Of a stretch of 64,000 nt of DNA, positions 50,674-63,908 are shown piece by piece. Every line of letters begins with the position of its first letter. The stretch's first letter is position 1. The notes beneath the pieces are model-generated. The model had not been told where the DNA came from. It ran no database searches and saw only the letters and a program-made list of their open reading frames with translations. The translations under genes were made by a program, and so were the position numbers. This DNA is from Callorhinchus milii (Eukaryota): positions 105,588,001 to 105,652,000 of the forward strand of contig NW_024704743.1 in the NCBI RefSeq assembly GCF_018977255.1, given 5' to 3'.

Positions 50674-50721
50674 CTCACTTGGAGAAACTGTTCCTGCTTC
50701 AGCACCTGCAGCACGCAATTT
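50674..50721 (-). CDS. ATP6V1H: V-ATPase subunit H, exon 7 (short cassette-type exon)
   Basis: KLRAAGAEAGTVSPSE, 48 nt, aatag| and |gtaaat; homologous to the mammalian 18-aa insert KLRGSGVAVETGTVSSSD. Confidence 0.92.
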
Positions 50722-51627
50722 CTATTGGAAAGCAAAACAGAACAATTAAGCAACACCTAACTCAGTTGTACACAGTTGCTGATTGTATGTAGAGAAGATA
50801 CCAGGAATGAAACAATTAATTAAGAAAACGTGTTCAGATAGAATCCAAGGCTACCTTTCTACCTTGCTCACACCCTCTTCCCTTTCAAAATCCATCTGAA
50901 AACATGTCTATGATTGCAACATCAGCCACCTCTCCTTTACCCCTCTCCACCATGTTCCACCCAAGCTCTGTAAAGCACTTTGAGACTTCTTCCTACATGA
51001 AAGATTCTATGCAAGAGCAATTTGTTTTTGTTCTTTGTATTGCAGATATAGCCTAAGCATTATTAGTCTCAATTGCAGGCCAATGGAAGTTTACTGGAAT
51101 TTTCTTCCAAAATCCCCTTTTACCCGTGCCTGCCTTCAAAATCCTTTTAAATATCTCTCTGTTCCATGGTGCCTTTAGTCAACATCCTTAAGTTCCCACT
51201 CCATCCCTGCTTGTTGTTGTGAAGCCCTCTGAAAGGTTAATTAAAAGGAAGCACACTTTCCAAGTGTAAGTTATTATTGCCAATGAACCTACAGTATCGG
51301 TACAGCAGAGGTTTTTCACTCAAGTCAAATTGAAAAGGATACTAAGAATGGAAAGAGGTAAGAATTCTATAACAGATGAATATTAGAAAGCTCATTTCAA
51401 TAAGCAACCGTGTTTATAACTTTGCACATAACTTGTCAAGGCCTTTATTTGGTTTGGATTAAAAGATAGGTCTGGTACTTGGTAGTCCAAATAATGTACA
51501 GTATATTACATTTTGAAAACTATTATTTGCTGAACTTCTTTAGTGATAATACGCTACTATCTCGAAACAATCATTCAGTATATTGAAAATACTGAACTCT
51601 CTCAGCTAATGTTAAATATCATCGAAC

Positions 51628-51732
51628 CTGGGAACTCAGCTGAGTTTTAATCCAGTTGAAATAGTAATTCAGATCACTGCCCTCCATCAGTTCACGACCC
51701 CAAGCAGCAAGTTTTGCTATAATTCTTGCAGC
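51628..51732 (-). CDS. ATP6V1H: V-ATPase subunit H, exon 6
   Basis: AARIIAKLAAWGRELMEGSDLNYYFNWIKTQLSSQ; 105 nt; donor CAG|GTTCGA. Confidence 0.97.
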
Positions 51733-53147
51733 CTGCAGAATAAAATGCAGAATTTCAATAAAGCAATCAATGCATGAACTGAACATCAATTTATAACTTC
51801 TCAAAAGCAATTTTTTTAAAGTATAAAATTATACCATTACATTGGTGTTTATACCTTACTGCAACCACACTCATAATAGATATAATGTATACCATACCAG
51901 AACAGCGGTACAATCATAACATTTCTCATACCCAGTAGACTTCAATAATTTGCTTTTCATCCACCTGAATATACATGTCTTATGATTTACATTTTTGGAA
52001 AATGTGCTACTTCAGCTAAATCTGACAATGTTCCCAATGATGCATGAATTGAATATATATATTTAACAACACTTCTATGAAACAAATTTAGTTAAGATTA
52101 ATATTTTTAGCAGGTTGCAACCCAATGAAGCTGGAGAGATCACCAATCCAGCAAAGAGAAGCGAGAGACAAACTCAGAGGGAGTTTGAATCAGTGAGACT
52201 TTTCAGATCTATTTTGTAATGAAGGATTTTACCAAACACTGCTTCTAATAATTATATTATTGTAAATATACTTGTATTTTCAGTGGGAAATGCCACCAAC
52301 TACACACATTCCTAAATTAATTTGTTTAATTGAAATAGTACTTCAACTTTGGATTATTTTAAAACTAAAATTACTAGGCATTGCAAAGTATTTACTGGCT
52401 TGACTATTGCATTGTACATGATCTGCACGTTTATACAGTTTTATAATTTGTGATCCCATGCCATTTTGGTCATCTCATTTAACATGTCCAAAATAGTATG
52501 GCTTCCCTTACTGCCATTGATGTGAAAACAAGCAAGTTGTTATCAGAATCCAGCAAAAATACCCATGAATATCTACATTAACAGACTACTTCCTTTAAGT
52601 CCTGTTAGCTTTGTTGATAATTATGACTGCTTACTTAGTTTTAGTGTAATCAATGACTACACACCGTTATTGCTCAGTGTTCAAAACACTCATAAAACTC
52701 ATTCTCATAAAATCTCAGTGGGCATCAAAATGGTTTCTATTTCTAGCAGACTCCAATATTAGGGTTCAATATTTTAGACGATTTAACTTAAATTTAACTA
52801 AAAATTGGTGATTTGCATCTAGATTATCAAGATCCAAATTATATTTGTCAATTCCAACATGAGAAGAGAATTATTAACCAAAGCACAACCTTACATAAAT
52901 GCACATAAATGAAACTGAATTTTAAGAAATTAATGATAACTTATATGTACAATAAGCTTGTGAAAGTGTTGTGGAGAAAGGTTTGCTTTGATCCTCACGC
53001 TTCACATCAAAATGTAACATTCATTTGTGGAGGCTGAAATCAGCTCATCATATCAGAAGTTCTGTAAGTTCTTAACCTTTCTGTATCCTGTTCTATTTTA
53101 ATTGGGACCAATACTATTATAGCAAAATAAGTCAAACTGACACTCAC

Positions 53148-53261
53148 CATATGAACAGTAAACAAGTCCTGGCGATTCAACATTGGTAAAAAGTAGGACC
53201 AGGCAGTGCTCTTTGTTTTCTTGGCATAATCAAAGAAAATGTTGACTCGTTGGTGATTCTC
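53148..53261 (-). CDS. ATP6V1H: V-ATPase subunit H, exon 5
   Basis: ENHQRVNIFFDYAKKTKSTAWSYFLPMLNRQDLFTVHM; 114 nt. Confidence 0.97.
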
Positions 53262-54666
53262 CTGTGATAAGCAAAAAAAAATTGAGTTCTTACCACATAA
53301 TTCTGTTTCATTAAACATTTAATGCCAATTATTTAAGATAAATGGTGCAGTTTTTGTGGAGATTTAAAAGGAAAAACAAATCTACAACTTTGTGCTATAA
53401 TACCTGCACATAAATCATACCTAAGTGTACAATGGAATGATCTACAAATCTGAGAAGATGACTTAACCATCAAATAAGTTTAGTCAGTTAGCCAGCGCCA
53501 GAAGCCAACTATCAACTTTTCTGATTAGCTCAGATCTACACTAGACTTGTGCTCTTGGTGAGTCAGTGCTCTGCTGCAGGACGCAATGATGGGGTAACCC
53601 TGTATAAGTACCATAGGAACATTTATGCTAATGCGACCCATATTTCATGTTTTATGCTAATGCAACCCATATTCCAAGCACTCTGGGACGCTACTCTACG
53701 TGAGGGGTGCTATATAAATGCAAGGTGTTGTTATCTGAATTAGGAATTAATTAAGGAATGTGAGACTTGACTTCCTCTTCGACCTGCTGACACTTCACTC
53801 CTCTATGTACCGTTTCGCTCAGCTGGCCAGGGGCTGTGCTCAGGGGCTGTGCTTTCAACCATGATGCCCCAAAACTCTGGAACTCTTTGTCTCAATCCCT
53901 CCACTTTACTCCCTCTATCAAATAACACCTGAAGACCTTTCTCTTCAACCATCCCTACGATCACCTCCCTTTCTCGGTGTCAAACACCGCCACTGTTAAG
54001 GGTTCTGAGACGCTACCTTGTATAAAGAGCTCTATATAAACAAGTTGTTGTTATTTTGCTCTTTGTCCAAAAACCCCTGCCTGTCCAGCATCCTGGGACA
54101 TCTTTCCGAAGTGAAAGGCGTTATACAAGTGTAATTTCTTGTTCTTATTGAGAAGCGAGAATGCTGCCAACTAATCTAGGCTGAAATGATAATTAATTAT
54201 GGATTCCCTCCATATCACAAAAACAACCATTTTGAAAATGTACTAATTTATATGGAATCATCTATTCACTGATATTGTTACTTTAGTGACTACAGTGCAT
54301 ATCCTAAAATAGTGCATTTAAATACTTGCATTTATATATACCATTCAACAGAGCAACATTTCAAATCTCTTCAGAGATATGCCTGAACTCCAAGCAGGAA
54401 GGATGGAGGATGAAGAAGAGAGAGGTGAACATAAGTACGGATGAAGAGGTAGACTTTCAGGAGACTTGTAAGCATAGATGGTGGGGTGGGGGGGTCAAAA
54501 CAGAGGAGATTAGGGAGGGAGTTCCAGAGAATAGGGACACAGTGGCTGGAGGTGAATCTGCCGCACTTATTGACTTAATAGATGGAATTTTCTAAGCTTT
54601 CCTGTATCTCAACGCCCAATATTTAACTGCAAATGTTTTTATATATGATATCATATTATATTATAT

Positions 54667-54986
54667 GTGGAGTCCTGTAGCTCAGTGGTTAGAGCACTCG
54701 CTTTGCAAGTGAGAGACCTAAGTTCAATTCCAGGCAGGGCGAAACCTTGGGCAAGTTTCCTTACTCCACACGTCTAATAATAATCCCTCCAAGACCAAAA
54801 CCAATAATAAATTGGTCATTTTCAATCCATGACTATTTGTGGGACACTGCTGTGCGCAATTGGCTGCCGCGTTCGCCCAGAAATATACAGTCAATTCACT
54901 TTACAGTATATTCTGTGAAGCACTTTGGGACATCTAGAAGACGTGAAAAGGGCTATATCAAATGCAAGGATGATTATTATTATTAT
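54667..54986 (+). mobile_element. Full-length young tRNA-derived SINE
   Basis: Near-identical to 13140-13458. Confidence 0.9.
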
Positions 54987-56571
54987 ATGGCTCATAGTTC
55001 TGTGAAAGATAATCTCGTACAGAGTTCTGTGGAAGAGTTAAACCAGAATGAATTGAAAATTTACGTTATGATTGAACGCCTGAAGCGACCTTGATATTTC
55101 AAAATGTTGATCAATTTCTGAACCAGTGTGCAACCTTGACTTTTTTTTGACCCTCCGCTCTCATTTTTTCCTTACATCAAGGCCCCAAACAAGACTGCTT
55201 TTCTTTGCTATATTGTCTGCCGCTGTCCCTTTGCTGAGTCGCCTTGACTTCTTTAATGCCCTCCTTGTCACAAACTCTAGCTCAACAAAATTTTGGCCAC
55301 TCTCATTCTCATCTGTCAATAAAACCTTCAGCCTAATCTTAAGAGAATGTATAGCCCTTTCCTGAACTGCAACTGGTCATATTTTATCCAAACTATAAGT
55401 TAACCAGAGAGCCAGGATGTAGCTGCATAAATATTTTTTTCAAGAGGAAAGACATATTTTTGAAGAAGAAGGACATAATAGAGCTATCCAGCCTTCATGG
55501 TTCTAAGACCTTCCTGGTTTCATGAAAAGCAAAACCTGTCCTTCAAATAAGATGCTAAACCAAGGTTGTGTGCTAAGATGGACATTAAATAACACCACTA
55601 TTCAAAAAGAGAAGTGTGCTTCTCCCTTCAATTGATGACTGTTTGTGGGACACTGCTGTGCGCAATTGCCATTTCGCCCACAAAAATACAGTCAATTCAC
55701 TTTACAGTATATCCTGTGAAGCGCTTTGAGACATCTAGAAGACGTGAAAAATACTATATCAAATGCAAGGATTATTATTATTATATATTATTATTGTTCT
55801 GGATGTTAACTTTCCAGACTAATTTGTTAGTTGTGGCGGTTTGTGGGACCTTACTGCGCACATATCACTGCTACATTTGCCTAAAAAATGTCAGTACATT
55901 TCATAATTACTGTAAAATGCCTTAAGACACTTCAAAATAAAAACACACTATAAAACTGCAAGTTCTTTCTTTTTCTAAACAACAACAAATTGCTTTTATA
56001 TAGCGCCATTCATATCATAAAGACGTTCCAAGGTGCTGGACAGTGAATGGTTTGGGGGCTGGAGTCAAGAGGGGTGGAATGGAAGGGGGTGGAGGTGGGA
56101 AGATGACCAAAGGCACAGTCGAAGACAAAAGTCTTGAGACGAGCTTTGGAGCCAAGGCACAAACATTCTTCGTTATTCAATTATTTATAAATACATGAAT
56201 GAGATGTGGAGTGACTATGATGATATAAAGCTATATTTATATTTTTTTGGTATGCTAATGTACTCTTTTGTGCTGAATTGTTTATATAAACAATAAATGG
56301 CTTTCAGCTGCTCATCTCATAGGATATTCATCTTTAGCATTTACCATATTTTGGGTGTTGTTTTTATGTTTTATATTGCATTTGAAAAAAATATAGAACA
56401 GATTTTTTTAAACAATTAAGCAAATGCACAAATTCATTAGCACTATTCAGATAACTTTCAAATGAGCAATTAGAAAATAAAAAGTGTTCATCATATATAT
56501 TGCAATATTAAAATCAATTATAAATCATACTCTATACAAGCAAAATCCTTCATGGCTAAACATAAACATAC

Positions 56572-56661
56572 CTGCAGCATATCATCTATCATTGTCAGTA
56601 TGTACTGTACAGTTTGTTCCTTGGAAATATGAGCCATCAAATTCAAAAATGTTTTGGCACA
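56572..56661 (-). CDS. ATP6V1H: V-ATPase subunit H, exon 4
   Basis: CAKTFLNLMAHISKEQTVQYILTMIDDMLQ; 90 nt. Confidence 0.97.
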
Positions 56662-57316
56662 CTGAAAAAAAAGTGTTAAGACTTTTAAATGTTTTCCTCT
56701 TCCAAACATCTACACAATCCATGTCAAATCATTTGAAAATGAATTCTTTTAGGAACAGATTTGTTTGGTAGCATTTTAAAGTAATGACAGTTTGTGTGTA
56801 CAAAAGACTTATAAAATGTTAAAGTTTGCTACGCACTACATTTGACTATCGCTAGTTACCATCTACCTTCTACTCTGCAATGATCCTTTTATGACTTGTG
56901 AGCGATTCCATGGAACAATATGAAATAACTTCAAGTGAATAAAAGGAATATTGGAAATAAAATCTGAATCTGCGAACTTTTCTATTTCTCCAACCTTAGA
57001 TATTTGTTAAATGCATACCAATACTTTAAAGTATTTAATCAATATAAAACTAATATTTAAAAAATAAAATACACTAAATAATAATCCAATATTTTGTGGG
57101 ATTAATTTATAAAACATAAAGCAAATCCCATGGGTAACCAGACTATTGAGGAGGTGATCCGCTCGGGCAAACCAGGTTTTCTGGCTGTGCTAATCGTAAC
57201 CCACAACATTTAAAATAAATAAACTAAACTAAGTAAAATAAATCCTCTCTAACTATTAAAATAAAAATGAATTTTAATTCAATAAGAAAGACAACAAAGT
57301 ATGCACACAAGTTTAC

Positions 57317-57416
57317 CTGGTGACCTTCTTCATCCAGTATCGTCTGCTTATCATCTGAACGGGCAGCTTCAAACTTTTTAATGAATTCACAATCTTCATG
57401 TGAAATCATTTGTCCT
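57317..57416 (-). CDS. ATP6V1H: V-ATPase subunit H, exon 3
   Basis: GQMISHEDCEFIKKFEAARSDDKQTILDEEGHQ; 100 nt, AG/GT boundaries. Confidence 0.96.
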
Positions 57417-59229
57417 CTGAAATAGATCCCAGGTGTCAGAAAATATGTTGTACAACTAATAATAATGTTTGCATTTAACATAGTTGCGTAGAAATAACGC
57501 CCGAAAACTCTTCAACGTGTTCTTGAACACTTCAACAGACAATTTATCGAAAAGTGAACCTCTTGCTCACAAATACATCTACCCAAATTAATGCTTCATT
57601 CAGATCGGCAAACGTACTATGTGGCACAAACCCTTGGCATGTGATCTAACTGACTGTGGATTGTTAGGAAGCAAAATATTTCATAGAGATCCATAAGAAT
57701 GGTTCACTACTGCTTCAAAAGAACCCACTAAAATTTCCTCACTATCTGAGTACAAAGACTGGTCAATATTAACAAATTATATAGAGTATTCTATATAGAC
57801 CCCAAAAGGGTACAATATTTTCTCTGAAGAAGCCTACCACATCTCAGCTGTGGATCAGTTGATTCACAAAATAGAATTATACACACCTTGTGGAAACTGT
57901 ATCAATATATATTATTTTCCTGGAGTGGTCACATATTGTTTGCCACATATGGTAGCCCTTGCTGTCTAGTTATGTCTTACAATGTGTGGTTGGTACACAC
58001 ATGACTGCAAGGACAAGATCAATTGCGTTTTGCACCTGTGGGAAGCTAGCATTTGGAACAACAACTACTTGCATTTATATATTGGAAGAACTATTGCTCC
58101 CTCTTCAACTGCTGGGTCATACTGAGTAGGGTCTATTATAACCTGTTTCAGTTTATCTAATTGCGCTTGACACAACAAATCAGCTGACTTAAGTGGATTC
58201 CTGGAAGGTTCCAGTGGCAAAAGTTGAAGGATGTGATAGAACTCAGAATGAACCAAAATTCAATCACAGCTTCCCGTAATGTGCCTGAACTACCTACACT
58301 GCTCTTCTGTCATGAAAAGTAACTCCTTCTAGCAGATTTGCTGTCAGTATCTGCTATGGATTATAAATTTCTGCTGCCTTTTTCACTCTCAAATCTTCCT
58401 CTCCTTCCCCTGGATATGGCCAGCAATGATTTCTACACCCAAATTTCCACAAAAACACTATACTTCCCTTCTTTCAACACTCATTTACTACTCACAACAA
58501 ATGCCTTTGTTCTCATTACTAGGCCTGTTAATGTGGCTATGCAGCTGCACAATGCTACACAACTTCTTAATAATCTATAAAAAGTTCTTAAACAAAATTG
58601 TTTTTTTTCCTCCTTCTCGGCAGTTATTTTTAAACTTGTTTCTAAGGAAATCGTTCTCGGATGCGTGAGGGGCACTATATAAATGTAAGTTGTTGTTGAA
58701 AGTATAAAATAATAATAAACACAGGCAATTTGCAACTTCCAACATTCCACCAGTTACCTCTACGACTTGCCCACACCCTACTCATCTACCCGCTCCTCTT
58801 CCCTTAGCTGGTACAGCTTTGCCTTCGGTCATTAAGTCCCTGACCTCTGAAACTCCCCGCTTCAATGCCTCTGTCTCAGCCCCTTCTTCCCTATCTTGAA
58901 ATCCCAACTTGAGACCTACCTCTTCAACCGGGTCTATGGTCACCCTCTCTTCTCTCCTTTCTGCAATCCCTTCACTGTGCAGCACTCCTAGGTGTTATCC
59001 TGCATGAAGGGCACTATGTAAATGCAAGCTGTTGTTGTATTGTGCTAGATGTTTTTGCTAAATTAGGAACAAAAATTTTTTTGGCCCTCAAGAGAGAAAA
59101 AACACTTAAGAAAACATCCTTCAAACTATCACTCATATTATTTCATCTGTTAATAAAACTAATGCTGGACTGTTTACTCCATGAAGCAAAGAAATTGCTG
59201 AGAAACGTGCAGCACATATTCATACTCAC

Positions 59230-59348
59230 TGAAGGTAAGACTGCCAGTTGACCTTATTCGCTCGAACTTCTGCTGCCTTTGCAGCAATAATATTGGTAGG
59301 AACTGCAGCATCCACAGCACCTCTTGTGTCCATCTTGTCGAGGGTCAT
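59230..59348 (-). CDS. ATP6V1H: V-ATPase subunit H, exon 2 (first coding; exon begins 59367)
   Basis: MTLDKMDTRGAVDAAVPTNIIAAKAAEVRANKVNWQSYL(Q); tttag| acceptor, |gtgagt donor. Confidence 0.97.
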
Positions 59349-60039
59349 TCACCCAATAATTTAGTACCTAAAAGGACAAAAAAAGGCAAGTATTTAACAA
59401 AGATGCTTCAGTTTCTAAGAGTACTGGCCAGTTGAAGGGTTTTATGTTAGCATCGAATGGCAGGCATCAACTTATCTACATATTAATAATAATAATCCTT
59501 GCATTTGATATAGCTCTTTTCACGTCTTCTAGACGTCTCAAAGCGCTTCACAGAATATACTGTAAAGTGAATTGACTGCGTATTAATATTGGTCCCAACA
59601 TTGCCAATTCTTTTCTCGTTTCCCCTAATATCAGGCCATTATGCAGACTTCATTTACAAGTGGCAAACTTTAGCTAATCTCCACAGTAAATCATAAATTA
59701 CCTCTGGGTAAAGAAAAACAACAACAACTTGCACTTATATAGCACCCTCCACGTAGAGTAGCATCTCAAAGTGCTTAAAATGTCCAGCTCTCAGTCCTAA
59801 AATTGCCCTTTGCAACTCTAAACCTATGTCCTCTTCTTTTACTGTCTGGTATATCCTAAAATATTGTTCTGGGTATACTTTTTCAGCCCCATTTAAAATG
59901 TTACACACATAAAATCCCCCGAGACATCAATCTCAAGACTGAAGAGCCCTAGATTGACTAATCGTTGCTCATAGCCTGGGCCAATAGAAAAGTGGGGCTG
60001 CAATTATTTCGGCGGAATCTGCTACAATCTCCCTCCTCC

Positions 60040-60375
60040 GCTGTGTCTGGGTCTGTGTCTGTAAGTGCATATCTCTCTCTCTTCTGTGTGTCTGTGTGTG
60101 TCTCTCTGTGTCTGAGTGTGCGTCTCTCGTGTCTGTGAGTGTATGTATCTGTATCTCTCTGTGTCTGTGAGTGTGATTCTCTGTGTATGTCTCCCTGTGT
60201 GTCTGTGTCTATAAGTATGTGTCTCTGTATCTTTGAGTGTGTGTCTCTGTATCTGTGAGGGCGTTCTGTGTGAGTGTGTGTCTCTGTGTCTGTGAGTGTT
60301 TCTCTCTCTGTCCCTGAGTGTGTGTGCGTCTCTCTATCTGTGAGTGTATGTCTCTCGCTCTGTCTGTGTGTGGTG
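60040..60375. repeat. (TG/TC)n low-complexity repeat in ATP6V1H intron 1
   Basis: Degenerate TGTGTCTC/TGTGAG units. Confidence 0.85.
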
Positions 60376-63300
60376 GTGGCCCCCAGAAGCAGGAGGTGGT
60401 GACCTACTGGAGCTTGACAGTCGCACTGGTGTCAAATTTTCAGCAAATATTTTTGCAATTTTCTATTGGCTTTGCTCATAGCTCATGCTTCTAACACTGG
60501 GGATCATCCTCGTTGCTCTCCTCTGCACTGCCTTTAGGATCTGGGCCCTATATCACGGTGACCAAAAATGTATACAATTCTGCAATTTGTAAAGAGTAAG
60601 AAACAAAGCATAAATTATTTGAAGGAATGAACAGTAAGTCTAAAAGTCTAAATTATTTCTCTCTTGACCCTCACGGTATTATTATACTTTCTTACCCAAT
60701 ATGCTGCTCTGTGCCTAACCCTCTCCCTGTCCTAGGAAAACAAAACTTCTGTCTTCCCCCTTTTTCTCTCAGCCTCTAATCCTGATTAGTCAATTGTATT
60801 CCTGTCATTTAACTCAGCAACCTGTCATCATACATCAACCCATCTAGACTGGTCCAGTTGAAGTACATAACCCTTTGCATAACTTCCATAGCAACCTCGA
60901 CAAAGTTCTAAGTGACTGCACATCGATAAAAACAATTCTACAGACATTCTTCAAGTTGTGATAATTTAACGCCGCCTTCTCTCTCCACATTATTTCCTGC
61001 GAAGTACTGCAATTAATAGTTTGTGATCTTAAGTAACCTTGTTTTCTTTACATAGTATTATAGTGTAAAATCCAAGAAACTCTGCCTTCATAACACTGTT
61101 AGGTACATAGTTTATCATACTTGGGCAAATCCCTGCATCATTATCTTTATACCCATGTATCCTCAGCAACTACCTGCCACCTCTATTAGAAACAATACTT
61201 TATACCAATAAATTATTAAAAGTACATATACCACAAATAAAAGCAATGTTATCAGTTGGTGATTTAGAAGACAGCAATGAATCCCAGTATAAAGAAAGTT
61301 TATACTTTTTATTGCATCATCTGAATTCCTAGTCGAGGATACTTACTTGCAAAGACTCCAAGAATTCTTTATTTAAATTCCAGTCTCATATCTGCATAAC
61401 AATACAGGCTTTATCTAAACACCACTTCATGTATTACAAAATAGTTTGTTACATTCAAATCAATTATTGTTATTACACATTTAAGAGCAAAACATGTTGC
61501 CCTTCAAAGTGCAGTATTATAATCAATATAGTTGATATAAATGTATACCTTTATTTAGATACAATGTGTTATACGATTTCTGCACAAGACAGTTAATTTA
61601 TCTTATAGAGTAGTTAAATTGATTGTTTTCTTCTTGATACTTCACTCTGAAGACATTAGCACCAATATAGTTGCAGCATTCGAATGTTTAGTTCAAGCAC
61701 TATTGAATGGCCAAAATATATACTGTAACAGACTTCATTTTATCCAACAACAACTTGCACTTATATAGCACCCTCTATGCAGGGTAGCACCTCAGAGCCC
61801 GACTCCGAGCCAGGAAGAGGGGGGAGGTGGCCGTAAGTATCGACTTGAAAATACAATATTTACTTTCCTGGAGGATTAGAGTAACTCCTAGAGTAGTTCT
61901 TGTGTAAAAAAAACACTGGAATAATTTTCATTGCTGGACAAAATCAGCTATGTAAAAATCTTAAAGGCATTTCACAGCTCTCACAGAAGCCTCTGGCTTC
62001 CAACCTCATTGTAATTAAAAATACCTAGCACATTATTGCCAAAACAGTGAATCATTTCACATCAATATGAGCTGGAGGGAACAGGTTTAAAGAGGAGCTT
62101 GAACTCAAGAACCCAACAGCCATCAGCTCAACAAAGGATAAGTGGATAACACTTTTTTTCAAAACAAAATTCTAGATAATAAAAAGCCAGGGCTGAAAAT
62201 GATAAGAGAGAAATGTATATGAATCAATTAATATCTGTGATGGTTAGATGAAGGTTAAGATTGTTTTTTCTTGGTTAATCAGTTGCCTGACACATGCAGA
62301 AATCCATCTCCCCAAGTTCCTCATACGTGTGTCACCCACCCAAGCCGACTTCTGTGTCTGTAATGGGATGCGCACTACGTCCCTGGAGATAGTGCACGTT
62401 CGCTGCTTACCTAATTCTGGAAAGTATTAGGTGGGCGTTGGTGACAATCTGCGCTTGGGAGACCCCAGAGTATGCGATGGGATATTGTTGAAATCCGAGA
62501 CGCTACCCTGCGCGAACAGCGCTGTATAAGTGCAAGGTGTTGTTGTTAGGGCTTTGGTGTGCAGAATTAACAAAAGTCGGGGGTAGGGGCGGGGGTAGAA
62601 TCCCGGCCCCTCGTCGTCCCCTCCAATTCCTTGCCAACAAGGAGGACAGTCACGGGTTGGTCATTTTGACACCCCGTAGGTTTCAGCCCTCAGCAGGTGG
62701 ATGGATGGCAGGAAATCCCTGCGAGGCACAGCCCAGCCCGAAATGAGCCAGAGCCTGGCCGTCATCCTCCTGCCCAACGCGCGGACACCGGTCCCTGCCC
62801 ACTGAGCCACTGGGGTTTGATGTATTTGAGGGCTAACAGGGGAGGCCAAAGGTGATTCAGTTGAACAGGTTGAGAGGTGTGTCTGGTACAAATGACCTTT
62901 CTGTGCTGAACATCTCTATGTTTATACACACACACACGCGCGCAATAATAATCCCTACATTTGATAAACAGCGCTATATCAAATGCAAGGATTATTATTA
63001 TTATTATTATTATCCTTATTGTCACGACCTCGAAAGGATCTTTCAAGGGCTCAAAAGGTTTCAACGGGATTGATCTGGTAAACCGCGGCGCGGTGGGTGA
63101 CTGGAGGCGAATGACAGCCATACAATACAATACTCAGCTCACGGGCCTACAATAACAGTGCGAAGAAAAACAAAAGGGCGAACACGATTTTATTTAAAAA
63201 AAAATAAAAAATAAAAAGGGGTCTCGTGTGCGCGCGCGCGCGCGCGCGTGTGTGTGCGTGTGAGAGAGAGAGAAAGGGAAGAGAAACCGCGCTGTGTAAA

Positions 63301-63730
63301 TAAAGAGGAAACGCCGCTCGAGCGGCTCACACCGGGGGCTCCGGGCCCGTCCGGCCCGGGGCAAAGGTGGCAACGAGGAGCCGCGGCCCCGGGGGACAGC
63401 GGCGGAGAAATAAGCACCTGTTTATCTGACCCGTCGCCGTGTTGTTCGCGGCGACGTTGTTGTTATGGTTAGTAGTATTGTTATGGGCTGATGATGATGA
63501 TGATTTAGGTGTGATTCAAGAGACCATAACCTCCTCCTCAGCTCAGCGCCCGAGGAGGAGGCCGCTGCGCAAACACTGGAGCTGCCCCTCGCGACTGATG
63601 GTGGTGGGGTGGGGGGTGTGGGGGGGGGGGGGGTGGAGAGTGACCGTTATTACCCGTTACTGTGAGGCGCTCGCTCCCCGGTGATTCTTTTTAAAAAGCA
63701 AACAAACGGTCACCCGGGCGCGAGACTCAC

Positions 63731-63785
63731 CCGCACCCTGAGCCGAGCCACAACGTCACCGTCAGCTGCGACCGAGCGAGGGGTA
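63731..63785 (-). other. ATP6V1H: Non-coding exon 1 of ATP6V1H (TSS approximate)
   Basis: CGG|GTGAGT donor at 63731/63730 inside the CpG island, just downstream of the E-box cluster. Confidence 0.7.
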
Positions 63786-63908
63786 GTCATGTGACAGATC
63801 ACGTGATCTGCTCTTCTCCCCCCCCTCCCTTTTCGGCGCCACGTGACCGCTCGCCAGCCGAGCAATGCGGTCGGATTGGGCGGGTTTCACGCCCAATTGG
63901 GCGGGTTT
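63786..63908 (-). promoter_or_regulatory. ATP6V1H proximal promoter: three CLEAR/M-box E-boxes and two CCAAT+GC-box modules
   Basis: GTCATGTGAC 63786-63795; TCACGTGA 63799-63806; CCACGTGAC 63839-63847; ATTGGGCGGGTTT at 63875-63887 and 63896-63908. Confidence 0.85.

Noticed and set aside
50678..50686. 9-bp complementarity between exon 7 and the intron 9 structured element (44554-44562)
   Set aside because: Too short to exceed chance across a 30-kb transcript.
6540..62470. Apparent + strand preference of G-U pairs across the structured segments, suggesting one antisense transcript
   Set aside because: Probably detection bias from reading the + strand by eye; it needs computational folding of both strands.
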